Part shown: positions 37,606 through 46,096 of the stretch, one piece after another
Position numbering within the stretch: the first letter of the stretch is position 1
Layout of the letters: every line of letters begins with the position of its first letter
DNA from: an uncultured virus (IMG/VR IMGVR_UViG_3300031746_000009)
Taxonomy: Duplodnaviria > Heunggongvirae > Uroviricota > Caudoviricetes
Reading direction: 5' to 3' (one strand)
IMG/VR virus record: IMGVR_UViG_3300031746_000009
DNA: 64,000 nt
Notes under the pieces: model-generated
The model's input: only the letters and a program-made list of their open reading frames with translations
The model's database searches: none
What the model was told of the DNA's origin: nothing
Translations under genes and position numbers: made by a program

Positions 37606-38007
37606 ATGATGAAGATAAGGAAGAACGTTAAAGCCCTTAGCCCCGTCGTCGCATCAATCATACTCATCGCTGTTACAGTCGCAGTAAGCATTGCCGTAGC
37701 AGCATGGATGGGAGCACTGACCTTCACATTCATGCGACCGCAGGAATTAGTCTTCACATACAAAGTTGAAATCCCTAATTTCCAGAATGCGACGCACTGC
37801 ACTTTTAGCATGTGGGAGTCATGGAAGATTTATAATGAAAGCAAAACGCTTGTTCCATTGCCCTACACGTTTGAAGCTTCCACAAGATATGATGTTCAAT
37901 GTCCCCTTTACGTAAACTATTACGAGTGTTTGGGTGAGGGCGTTTTCCGTGAGTTGGGTTCGCAGAAGTTTATGGTTCTGTTGCAGAAAGAGGTTGATGT
38001 GCCGTGA
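37606..38007 (+). CDS. archaeal type IV pilin-like protein
   Basis: KNVKA|LSPVVASIILIAVTVAVSIAVAAWM class III signal and pilin helix. Confidence 0.85.
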   Translation: MMKIRKNVKALSPVVASIILIAVTVAVSIAVAAWMGALTFTFMRPQELVFTYKVEIPNFQNATHCTFSMWESWKIYNESKTLVPLPYTFEASTRYDVQCPLYVNYYECLGEGVFRELGSQKFMVLLQKEVDVP

Positions 38008-38131
38008 GGTCGAAAGAGGAAATCTTAGAGAATTTTCGAATAACTAACGATGATTACTGGTTCAAGCGTTTGTTGCTTGAGGTGCTGTGCGACATTCGCG
38101 ACGAGCTAGCCAAAAAGGAGGAAACCAAAAA

Positions 38132-38437
38132 ATGAATAAATACAAATCCAAACTTGCAGAATATGGAAAATCAATTAACGTGAAAACAGGGCATCGTCCA
38201 AGCACAGAATTTCTTAATGCTAAACTTCAAAATAGGCTTGAGGCAATCAATAAACACTACGCGGAAATTTTGAGGGAGTACGCTAAACTCGATGAAAAAA
38301 TAGCGAAACTTGACGAGGAAACTTTCGACCATTTGGGACCTGAAAGTGTCAATCTTGGCGTGGCATTAGACTGGCTTGGGGTTTTGCTTTCACCGAAAGA
38401 GCTTGACCAGAAAACGAGGGAAGGCGACATAAAATGA
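38132..38437 (+). CDS. coiled-coil hypothetical protein
   Basis: GGAGG SD upstream of ATG 38132. Confidence 0.65.
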   Translation: MNKYKSKLAEYGKSINVKTGHRPSTEFLNAKLQNRLEAINKHYAEILREYAKLDEKIAKLDEETFDHLGPESVNLGVALDWLGVLLSPKELDQKTREGDIK

Positions 38438-38637
38438 CGAAGAATGAGGAAACATTCACCGCAAACCGCAACCACATGCGCCTAATGCGTCGGCTAGGCT
38501 GTGAACTGGAATGTATGAAACAAATTTGTTTGCATGGTTCGAGGGCGATTGTGGTTGGGGAAACATATTTGCGGAAGCGTAGTCGGGGTCGAAGCAAGTT
38601 TTATCATGTGGACTGTTTTGAGGCGATGAGCCTATGA
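38434..38637 (+). CDS. small Cys/His protein; 3' part duplicated at 1..83
   Basis: C..C..C...HVDC. Confidence 0.7.
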   Translation: MTKNEETFTANRNHMRLMRRLGCELECMKQICLHGSRAIVVGETYLRKRSRGRSKFYHVDCFEAMSL

Positions 38638-39632
38638 AAGGTCGCAAGTGTAGCATAATTTTCATGCGAAAGGTAGCTAATCGGCTTGAGGTTCTGGAAG
38701 AACGATACAAAGATTTATCACCTAAACTACGTGCTGGCAAAATCAATGAACAGTTACTTTCTGAGTTTTGCGTTGGTAGAAGCGAGATGTTCAAATGGAA
38801 ACAAGCCGTAAAAATTATGGAAAAGAGTAAGAACGTTAGTCTCATTAATGAGACTGAAGACGTTATACAGCCAACTCACGCTATGGAAATCGCAAGACTT
38901 CCAGAAGAAAAACAGGAAGAAGCAATACAAAAAGTCCAAAAGGAAAATCTAACAGTCAAACAAACAGAATTATTAGTGAAAGAGGTTCTTGGCGAATTAA
39001 AGAAGCCAGAGCCAATCCCAGAAAATGAATATGACGACGTTACCCTTTTACATGGAGACTTCCGAGAGGTTGGCAAACAGATACCTGATAATTCCGTTCA
39101 CTGTATAATCGTTGACCCACCCTATGGAAAACCATATTTGGAACTGTGGAGTGCTTTAGGAGAACTTGCAAAAAGAGTCTTAGTTCCTAGCGGTTTTCTG
39201 ATAAGTTACAGTGGACAATTATATCTTCCAGAAGTATTTTCAAGCCTAAGCAAGTTCCTAGAATATTATTGGACAGCTTGTTTAACTCTACAACATCGAA
39301 ACCTTGTTGATGTACGGAATGTTTACAATCTATGGAAACCGTTACTTATTTGGAATAAACCGCCACGAATGGCGCCAAGCAAGTATTTCACCGACCTAAT
39401 CAATGGTGCCGGAAAAGAAAAGGATTTTCACGATTGGCAACAAGGACTAGCAGAACTTGAAACTTTAATCGCAACCTTCTGTCCTGAGAATGGAGTAATT
39501 CTTGATCCTATGGCTGGAAGTGGAACAACTCTTGTCGCCGCAAGAAAGGCCAAACGAAAAGTTATCGGTATAGAACTTTCGGAAGAAACTTTTTCCATAA
39601 TGAAAAGGAGACTTGGCTATGACAATCAGTGA
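38634..39632 (+). CDS. DNA amino-methyltransferase with ParB-C-like helical N-terminus
   Basis: HAMEIARLP, VDPPY, LDPMAGSGTT. Confidence 0.9.
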   Translation: MKGRKCSIIFMRKVANRLEVLEERYKDLSPKLRAGKINEQLLSEFCVGRSEMFKWKQAVKIMEKSKNVSLINETEDVIQPTHAMEIARLPEEKQEEAIQKVQKENLTVKQTELLVKEVLGELKKPEPIPENEYDDVTLLHGDFREVGKQIPDNSVHCIIVDPPYGKPYLELWSALGELAKRVLVPSGFLISYSGQLYLPEVFSSLSKFLEYYWTACLTLQHRNLVDVRNVYNLWKPLLIWNKPPRMAPSKYFTDLINGAGKEKDFHDWQQGLAELETLIATFCPENGVILDPMAGSGTTLVAARKAKRKVIGIELSEETFSIMKRRLGYDNQ

Positions 39633-40002
39633 ACTTGTCAGAAAAGCCAAGAATGAACATTACTACGGTTCTCCATTAAACCGTTTCATAGACGAAAAAT
39701 GTAGCCATGAAATGACCTGTATAAACATTGACTGTCTCTTAGTCAAAATTAGCAAACGGAAAGTTCGAATCATAGAATCCAAACATCTGAATGAAATGTT
39801 ACCTAGATCACAAAGAACTGCATTAACAATTTTGAAACAAATTGTTGACAGTTCGCCACAAACAGATTGGAGTATAGAGTTTTATGAAGTTCGTGGAGAT
39901 TACCCATACCACAAAGCAGAAATCACTAGATTAAATCATCCAGAAACTAGAATGATACTTTCCCAGAAAGCTCTCATAAATTGGTTAAATTTTGGAGACT
40001 GA
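39613..40002 (+). CDS. putative PD-(D/E)xK nuclease-like protein
   Basis: IDCLL...IIESKH; coupled to MTase. Confidence 0.55.
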   Translation: MAMTISELVRKAKNEHYYGSPLNRFIDEKCSHEMTCINIDCLLVKISKRKVRIIESKHLNEMLPRSQRTALTILKQIVDSSPQTDWSIEFYEVRGDYPYHKAEITRLNHPETRMILSQKALINWLNFGD

Positions 40003-40303
40003 AACATGAATTTGGTTTATCATGGACGCGGAAACCCGAAGCAATGCTACCATGAACCAAACTGTCTCAAGTGCTATCTACACTTGCTTGTGTTTCTTGT
40101 GACGTTGAAGGTGAAAAACAGATGAGATGCCGAAATTGTTACATGTGGTCTTACGGTGAAGGAAGATGCCAGTCTTGCGTGAAATGTGTCAATCAAAACC
40201 AGTATGTTTCAAGAAGGACGATGGATTTTCGCTATTGCAAAACTTGCGATGATTTTGTCATTTTGAATAAAGGTGAGAAGCATCGGCATGAGACGGTGAG
40301 AGC

Positions 40304-40489
40304 ATGAGGGATGTGTGTTTGGAAGGGTTAAGCCACGCCTTCTGCGCGTTCAAAGGATGCGGAAAACGTCTTTCACGTGGAAGCAAAACGGGGTTTTGTC
40401 GTCAACATAGTGGGGGAAAAGGGGTTTATGAGAATACGGCTTGGACGGTTGTTCGTCCTGACTTGTTGAAGGAGTGGGTTGGAAAATGA
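40304..40489 (+). CDS. small zinc-finger-like protein, allele of 1101..1274
   Basis: Shared termini; C..C..C..H middle. Confidence 0.65.
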   Translation: MRDVCLEGLSHAFCAFKGCGKRLSRGSKTGFCRQHSGGKGVYENTAWTVVRPDLLKEWVGK

Positions 40490-40580
40490 AGCCTCTCAAG
40501 TTTAAGGGTGTGAACTGGAACTTTTGCGTTACATGTTCCTACTATCACAAGTGTGAGCAAAGGAAACAGAGGTATGGAAA

Positions 40581-40835
40581 ATGAGTGAGTTGGTTGTCAC
40601 AAGACAGCAGTTCATAGATGCGATTTTCAAGCTTGCAACGGAAGAGGATGTGTCGCAACGTTGGAATCTTAGTACTATGCCTTGGAGTTCAGGTTTTGTT
40701 TTTGATGCTCTTGTGAAGGCTGGTTTTGTGGTGTTGAACAAAAAAGCCCTATTTGGTCGTTTGACTAGTGGAAACGCGAAAGCCGAGATTGCGAACAAGT
40801 TAATCAAGGAAATCTTGGGGGACAAACCAGAATGA
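40581..40835 (+). CDS. hypothetical protein, allele of 1271..1585
   Basis: Direct similarity. Confidence 0.8.
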   Translation: MSELVVTRQQFIDAIFKLATEEDVSQRWNLSTMPWSSGFVFDALVKAGFVVLNKKALFGRLTSGNAKAEIANKLIKEILGDKPE

Positions 40836-41113
40836 GTTTGAGGGTGAAGATTCGGGAACAAGCAAAAACCTATGAGGACTACGCAAAAGAGTTCATTGAA
40901 TTGTGTCACTCAAAAGCCGGATGGGATGTTCGTGCAAACTATAAACAGCAAAAGCTGGTTTCGGTTGATGTGGTTTCTGGCTTGCTAGACAAGGCAATCG
41001 AGCAAATTGAAGCGAAAGCGTTTCGTCATGGCGTGAACTATTGGGAAAGGCCTGTCATGCTGGATGATGTTAGAAAGGTTCTTTTGGGTGCTGAAGGGGA
41101 AACCAAGAAATGA
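40832..41113 (+). CDS. hypothetical protein, allele of 1582..1845
   Basis: Direct similarity. Confidence 0.75.
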   Translation: MSLRVKIREQAKTYEDYAKEFIELCHSKAGWDVRANYKQQKLVSVDVVSGLLDKAIEQIEAKAFRHGVNYWERPVMLDDVRKVLLGAEGETKK

Positions 41114-41607
41114 GTAAGCCAGACAAATTCATTTTGGATGCTACGGCGGGGTTCCGCATGATGTGGTTCAACAAGCATGAGCCTCATACGATTTATCTTG
41201 ACCAGCGACCAGAATGCGAGCCCGACATTGTGGGTGATTTTCGGGATTTGAAACAGTTTCCAGACAAAACATTCAGACTAATAGTATTCGACCCACCACA
41301 CATGATAGGTAAATGGCATACTATGGATACGCCTATTATGCGAAATTTTGGTGGTCTAGTTGCTGAAACTTGGCAATCTGACATTAGGAAAGGCTTTTCA
41401 GAGTTATGGAGAGTTCTAAAACCTTTCGGGGTTTTATTATTTAAATGGAACAATCACGATATACCGACAGAAAAAATCGTTCAACTTTTTCCTATTACAC
41501 CCTTGTTTGGTCAGCAAGTGATGCAACGGATTAACAAACATGGAGATAATCGAACTTTGTGGTTTTGTTTCATGAAAATTGAAAACGAAAAGAAAGAGGG
41601 GGTGTAG
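41110..41607 (+). CDS. small SAM-dependent (probable DNA adenine) methyltransferase
   Basis: ILDATAG...FDPPH. Confidence 0.85.
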   Translation: MSKPDKFILDATAGFRMMWFNKHEPHTIYLDQRPECEPDIVGDFRDLKQFPDKTFRLIVFDPPHMIGKWHTMDTPIMRNFGGLVAETWQSDIRKGFSELWRVLKPFGVLLFKWNNHDIPTEKIVQLFPITPLFGQQVMQRINKHGDNRTLWFCFMKIENEKKEGV

Positions 41608-41612
41608 CTGGT

Positions 41613-41897
41613 TTGGGAGTTAAAAGTTCAGGTGTGAAGCCTAGAGAGCGGGATTCACCGTCCATTTCTCTTGTGGGTTCAGTCGCATCTCCTTTCTCCT
41701 TACAAAACCAACACCCCAAATCTGACCGAGTAAAATATCACTGTGAAAAATGTGGTATTCCTTTGCATCACAGGGAAAGTAAGCCTAGTCGCTATGAGAT
41801 GAGGCAACAGGGAAAACCGATTCTTTGTCATAAATGTTCTGCGAGAGAAAATGGGAAGAAGCGAAACCAACATCCCACATTGGAGATGAAAACATGA
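41613..41897 (+). CDS. zinc-finger protein, allele of 2136..2438
   Basis: CEKC..CHKC. Confidence 0.65.
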   Translation: MGVKSSGVKPRERDSPSISLVGSVASPFSLQNQHPKSDRVKYHCEKCGIPLHHRESKPSRYEMRQQGKPILCHKCSARENGKKRNQHPTLEMKT

Positions 41898-42036
41898 AGC
41901 ATCAGACTAAGTATTGTTGTGTGGTTTGTGGTAAGCCTTTGCCGTATGTTGCTGGCAAGTGGAGGATTATGCTGTTGCGGTGGGGTTTTGTGGCTTGTAA
42001 GACGCATTTCTTGAAGAGGATAGGAGAACACAAAAC

Positions 42037-42783
42037 ATGAGCCAAAAAGAGAAACTCTTTCACTTAATCAAATTTGGTGAAGCATTAGAGGAGTGCAGAA
42101 AACTAGATGATAAAAGCGTGGATTTGGTTTTGACAGATCCACCATTCAACCATGAAACAGAACACTATGATACTAGGCAAGAAAAATTCTTGAAGGTTTC
42201 CAAATCATTTGCCGATTTTGCGATAATGCGAAGTTTCTTCGGAGATTTAGCTTCAGAATTCCAACGTATTTTAAAACCAAAAGGCAGAGTATTACTTTTT
42301 TGCGACTGTTATAGTTACCCTATTTTTTGGAGTGGCTTCTATAATCTATTTGACCATGTTAGAGCCTTGATTTGGTATAAAGGAAGAGGCTATTATTCGT
42401 TAGGTTGTAATCAAGCCTTCCGTTATTCTTATGAAATGATTCTTCATGCTTTCAATACTGATAGTTGGTTTGATATGAGTCAACGTCAAGACGTATTAGA
42501 ATGTAAAAACGTGCCTTCTACCGAAAGAGAACATCCAGCGCAAAAACCTATTGAACTACTGATGAAGTTAATTTTCGCAACATGCCCCAGATATGGAGTT
42601 GTTCTTGACCCGTTTGTTGGAAGTGGTTCAATAATTCTAGCGGCAAAATATTCCGAGCGTTCTGGTTTAGGCTTTGAAGCAAATCCCACATTTGTGGAAC
42701 TCGCACAAAAAAATCTTGGACAACCAAACTTGTTTACGATTGAACCAGAAAAGAAAGAAATGCGGGAGGTTTCGGGGGTTTGA
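42037..42783 (+). CDS. N4/N6 DNA methyltransferase
   Basis: TDPPF, HPAQKP, LDPFVGSG. Confidence 0.92.
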   Translation: MSQKEKLFHLIKFGEALEECRKLDDKSVDLVLTDPPFNHETEHYDTRQEKFLKVSKSFADFAIMRSFFGDLASEFQRILKPKGRVLLFCDCYSYPIFWSGFYNLFDHVRALIWYKGRGYYSLGCNQAFRYSYEMILHAFNTDSWFDMSQRQDVLECKNVPSTEREHPAQKPIELLMKLIFATCPRYGVVLDPFVGSGSIILAAKYSERSGLGFEANPTFVELAQKNLGQPNLFTIEPEKKEMREVSGV

Positions 42784-43097
42784 GAAGCCTTCTCACATGC
42801 CACGGCGACTATCTTTGGGCAGACGCAGACGACTTCTGCCTCACAGAATGCACACAGGTTGAAGAGTGCAAACGGTTTTCCGAGTTGCTTCATGTTCCTA
42901 ACATAGTATTCTGTTATGTGGAGAGGAGGGCGAGAGCGCAACAGCGTTGTGAGGCTTGGTTGAAACGTACTGAAATCTACGTTAAATCTTATGTGGTTGG
43001 GTTCAGTCCTAGTATGCGGTTTAAGCGGGCGATTCAGTTTGGCCAGTTGAGGCGTGGCTTGGTACTTCGAAAGAGGATGGAGGAAAAACGGCGATGA
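42780..43097 (+). CDS. Cys-rich hypothetical protein, near-identical to 3300..3617
   Basis: Direct similarity. Confidence 0.8.
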   Translation: MRSLLTCHGDYLWADADDFCLTECTQVEECKRFSELLHVPNIVFCYVERRARAQQRCEAWLKRTEIYVKSYVVGFSPSMRFKRAIQFGQLRRGLVLRKRMEEKRR

Positions 43098-43396
43098 GTT
43101 TCATTTGCTCTAATTGTGGAACAAGAGATAATGCGTGCTGGAGAAATAGTCATTGGTTTCTGCATATCCAGACATGTAAAATTGATGATTTAGACATTTG
43201 GGAACCTGAAATTGCTAAACGTTTGCGAGAAGAAAAAGAGTTTGAAGATAAAGGTTACTATTACAAGATTAGCAAGTTTGGCAGAGTCTACCGTGTCCCG
43301 GCGGATTTGAAAGACGAATACAAACGTGGTCACATTCAAGAGCATCCGAAAGATGGAAAACAAAAACGGCTTTTGGTGGGGGAGGAACGGCGTTGA
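43094..43396 (+). CDS. CxxC zinc-ribbon protein
   Basis: CSNCG..D...WRNSHW. Confidence 0.7.
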   Translation: MSFICSNCGTRDNACWRNSHWFLHIQTCKIDDLDIWEPEIAKRLREEKEFEDKGYYYKISKFGRVYRVPADLKDEYKRGHIQEHPKDGKQKRLLVGEERR

Positions 43397-43584
43397 ACAC
43401 TTTGAAACAGCAAGAATATCTTCTATTTTCAGTTTGCCTTGTCTGCTTCGCTTTGGCAATAGTTGGTGCAACTCTTGTTAAAGACGGTTTTACCGGTGCC
43501 TTATTCACTATTTTGGGGATGCTGGGTCTTGTCGCTTTTCTTGATGTGTGGCTTGAACCTGAAAAATGGAAGCAAAAACAATGA
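43393..43584 (+). CDS. small membrane protein, allele of 4712..4894
   Basis: Shared termini. Confidence 0.75.
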   Translation: MNTLKQQEYLLFSVCLVCFALAIVGATLVKDGFTGALFTILGMLGLVAFLDVWLEPEKWKQKQ

Positions 43585-43952
43585 ACAACTATAAAGAAAG
43601 AATGAAAGTGCCAGTCAGCAAAGGCGAATATCAGCTTTTCATAGCGTTGAAGAGGGCAAGTTTAGGGGATGGCATAATTACTCAACGCAGAATCGAACTT
43701 CGTGAACCAGACGAAACGCATCCTCATGGCTTAGTGACGACGCCTGATTTTCTTTATCCTAGAAGAATGCTTGCCCTCTACCTTGACGGAAACAACGTTC
43801 ACCGAGGTTACCGTCTTGAACGGGATGAGGAGATTGACGAGCTGATGAAGTTGAAGGGTTGGACGGTGGTGCGGTTTCCTTATCATGCGCCGTTGTCGGA
43901 TAAGCGTAAACGTGAGATTGTTGAGGAAGTAAGGAGGTTGAAACAGAAATGA
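43581..43952 (+). CDS. Vsr/DUF559-like endonuclease
   Basis: PDF...LYLDG..H...RD...GWTVVRF. Confidence 0.8.
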   Translation: MNNYKERMKVPVSKGEYQLFIALKRASLGDGIITQRRIELREPDETHPHGLVTTPDFLYPRRMLALYLDGNNVHRGYRLERDEEIDELMKLKGWTVVRFPYHAPLSDKRKREIVEEVRRLKQK

Positions 43953-44134
43953 ATGAAGAATTGAGGGATTTGCTAGTTTTCACTGTGGCTTTAGCAAGTG
44001 TTTTCGGCGGGTTAATACTGATGCTTCTCAAACCTTACCCAAAAATCGTATCTCCAGTAAATGTTCTCGGGGGCGTTGTCTTTGCTTTGGGAATGTCGGG
44101 GTTACTGTACGTTACTGTTAGGATAAGTGAGTGA
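43949..44134 (+). CDS. small two-TM protein
   Basis: Hydrophobic; ATGA overlap. Confidence 0.65.
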   Translation: MNEELRDLLVFTVALASVFGGLILMLLKPYPKIVSPVNVLGGVVFALGMSGLLYVTVRISE

Positions 44135-44313
44135 AAGTGGAGAACAGAAAATACGTGTCGCTAAAATATTGTGGTCACTGTGGACGCTGGCTTATTGAAA
44201 CTAAACTGTGGATTGGCGCAAATGGCGCATTTCGATGCTTGAAGTGTGGTCACCAAGTGCGGTTGAGACCGAGGTTGGCGAAGTTTGCTGAACATTATCG
44301 GGGAGTCAGATGA
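44131..44313 (+). CDS. zinc-ribbon protein
   Basis: CGHC...CLKCG..RLRPR. Confidence 0.7.
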   Translation: MKVENRKYVSLKYCGHCGRWLIETKLWIGANGAFRCLKCGHQVRLRPRLAKFAEHYRGVR

Positions 44314-45245
44314 AACAGCATGACCATAGGTGGAACGCTATACGTAGTTGTGTGTGTGGGAAGCCGATTAAGGGTCCAAGCCGCAACAAGAGCGGACTAT
44401 GTGAAAGGTGTGTGAAGTTGAAGGTGGCAAGGTCTAACAGTTTGAGGTGGAAGAAATGAGTGATGAAGGCGAATTTAAGAAGCGCATTCTTTCTATGGAT
44501 ATTGAAGAGGAAGATGCGGTTCGAGTAGCAACATTCTTGGATGTTTTGGTTGAGGCTAAGAAAGAGTTTCCCAAAGAGGAAGATTACCAAGGATGGAAGT
44601 TTGAAGACTATCTTAAGATAGTTGACAAGTGGTTCAAGAAATGGTTTGGAGAGAAAGAGAAGTGAAGCGGGTTCATGTGAACGGACGAAACAAGAACAAG
44701 GTCTGCCATAAATGTTGCAGAATCATCCAGACGGTTAATAAGAAGTGGGCTTACGCGGTGCGGGCACGTGGCGGGTCTTTGCGGACGAAGTGGTGTGCAG
44801 AGTGTGGACCAAAAACGGAGATTTGAAAACATGAGTGAAAAATGCTACACGAAAGAGCCATTAATCCATAGCCACATCGAAGATAGCGTCAGCAGTTTTA
44901 CGGTGAACAAGAATCCAAAGGAACCTTGTACCTATTGCGTTGCTTGCGACAAGTGCGGGCACGATGTTCAGTCAGGTTGGGAGTGTATGGAAACTTGGGT
45001 TGAAACAGAGTTTGGCAACTACTGCACCAAATGTTGGCATCTGGTTTCTGTGATGGAAATTCTTGAGGACAATTTTGCTAAAGGAGATAATGTTTAAAGG
45101 TGGTGATTTGATGGAACCAGAAATAATCAGGGCGTTCGCAAACTACATTAACCTCATGGGCATAGGCTCATTCATCATTTTGACTGCGTATGGGTTTGCA
45201 AAGATTGCGGAGGCTATGAGAAGAACATGGAAGGTAGCGAAGTAA
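44310..45245 (+). other. run of tiny overlapping early genes, several with CxxC motifs
   Basis: ORFs 44447-44665, 44629-44826, 44768-45097 and 45063-45245. Confidence 0.55.
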
Positions 45246-45246
45246 A

Positions 45247-45669
45247 ATGGGAGGTGATAGAATGGATTTGGAAGAATTAGTAGCGAAATGGGAAAAGGCA
45301 TTCAATGAGATACAGCACCAAGAGAAAGTCGTGCAGAAAGAGGAAAACGAAATCTGGAAGGTTGTCTACGAAATCGAGTTTGATGAGAAAAAGCTTAAGG
45401 AAAAGGCTGAGGAGTTGATGGAAGAAGAAAACTATGGGCCGAAGCTTGCGAAGGTGAAAGCAAAGGAAGAACTATTGGACGAAGCATTCTCTGGGAGGCG
45501 ACGCAAAAACAAGACAATCATAGATGCCGCGAACTTGATTGAGCAGAACCGTGCAGTCTTCATGTCTGGAGTTTATGAAGGGCAACTGGTTACGGTTGAG
45601 AGTATGTATCGTCCCGCGTTTGACGTAGCTAAGGCTCTTGCGGAAACTCTGAAGAAGGAGGTGAAATAG
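45247..45669 (+). CDS. coiled-coil hypothetical protein
   Basis: E/K-rich; GGAGGTGA SD. Confidence 0.7.
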   Translation: MGGDRMDLEELVAKWEKAFNEIQHQEKVVQKEENEIWKVVYEIEFDEKKLKEKAEELMEEENYGPKLAKVKAKEELLDEAFSGRRRKNKTIIDAANLIEQNRAVFMSGVYEGQLVTVESMYRPAFDVAKALAETLKKEVK

Positions 45670-45672
45670 AAT

Positions 45673-45906
45673 ATGGTTGATGAAAAGAAGTTTAAGGAAC
45701 TGTTGGATTTGAAGCGGAAGCTAAAGCCTATGAATCTTGGAGGGCAAACTAACGCGTTCTGGAGAGCCGTTGCTGAGGTGGACGGGTTGACTGACCAACA
45801 ATTTTCGGAGCTTATCCATGACAATTATGTGGCTACTGCCGTTGCCTATGACGTGTACGTTTTGAAGTGGAAGGTTGCGAAACTAGAACAAAAAAGGAAG
45901 AGGTAG
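45673..45906 (+). CDS. hypothetical protein
   Basis: GGAGGTGA SD; last gene before convergence. Confidence 0.65.
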   Translation: MVDEKKFKELLDLKRKLKPMNLGGQTNAFWRAVAEVDGLTDQQFSELIHDNYVATAVAYDVYVLKWKVAKLEQKRKR

Positions 45907-46096
45907 GGTTTGCACATGACGATGGAAAGGCTTGACTAAAAGTGAGTGGAAAAGGTAGGCTATTTAGTTGAAAGAAGCCGACTCATTTTAGCTTATGTTT
46001 GCAGAGAAGATGAAGCAGGTACATGATTATGATTGGTTCTTGGCAGATCGTGAAAACCAAAACCCAATGTAGCGAATCCAAACTTTTCACCTCTTT

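Larger units (their letters stand above)
38555..43583 (+). repeat. Mosaic direct repeat, copy 2 (partner 1..4890)
   Basis: Same linker blocks in the same order as 1..4890. Confidence 0.95.
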
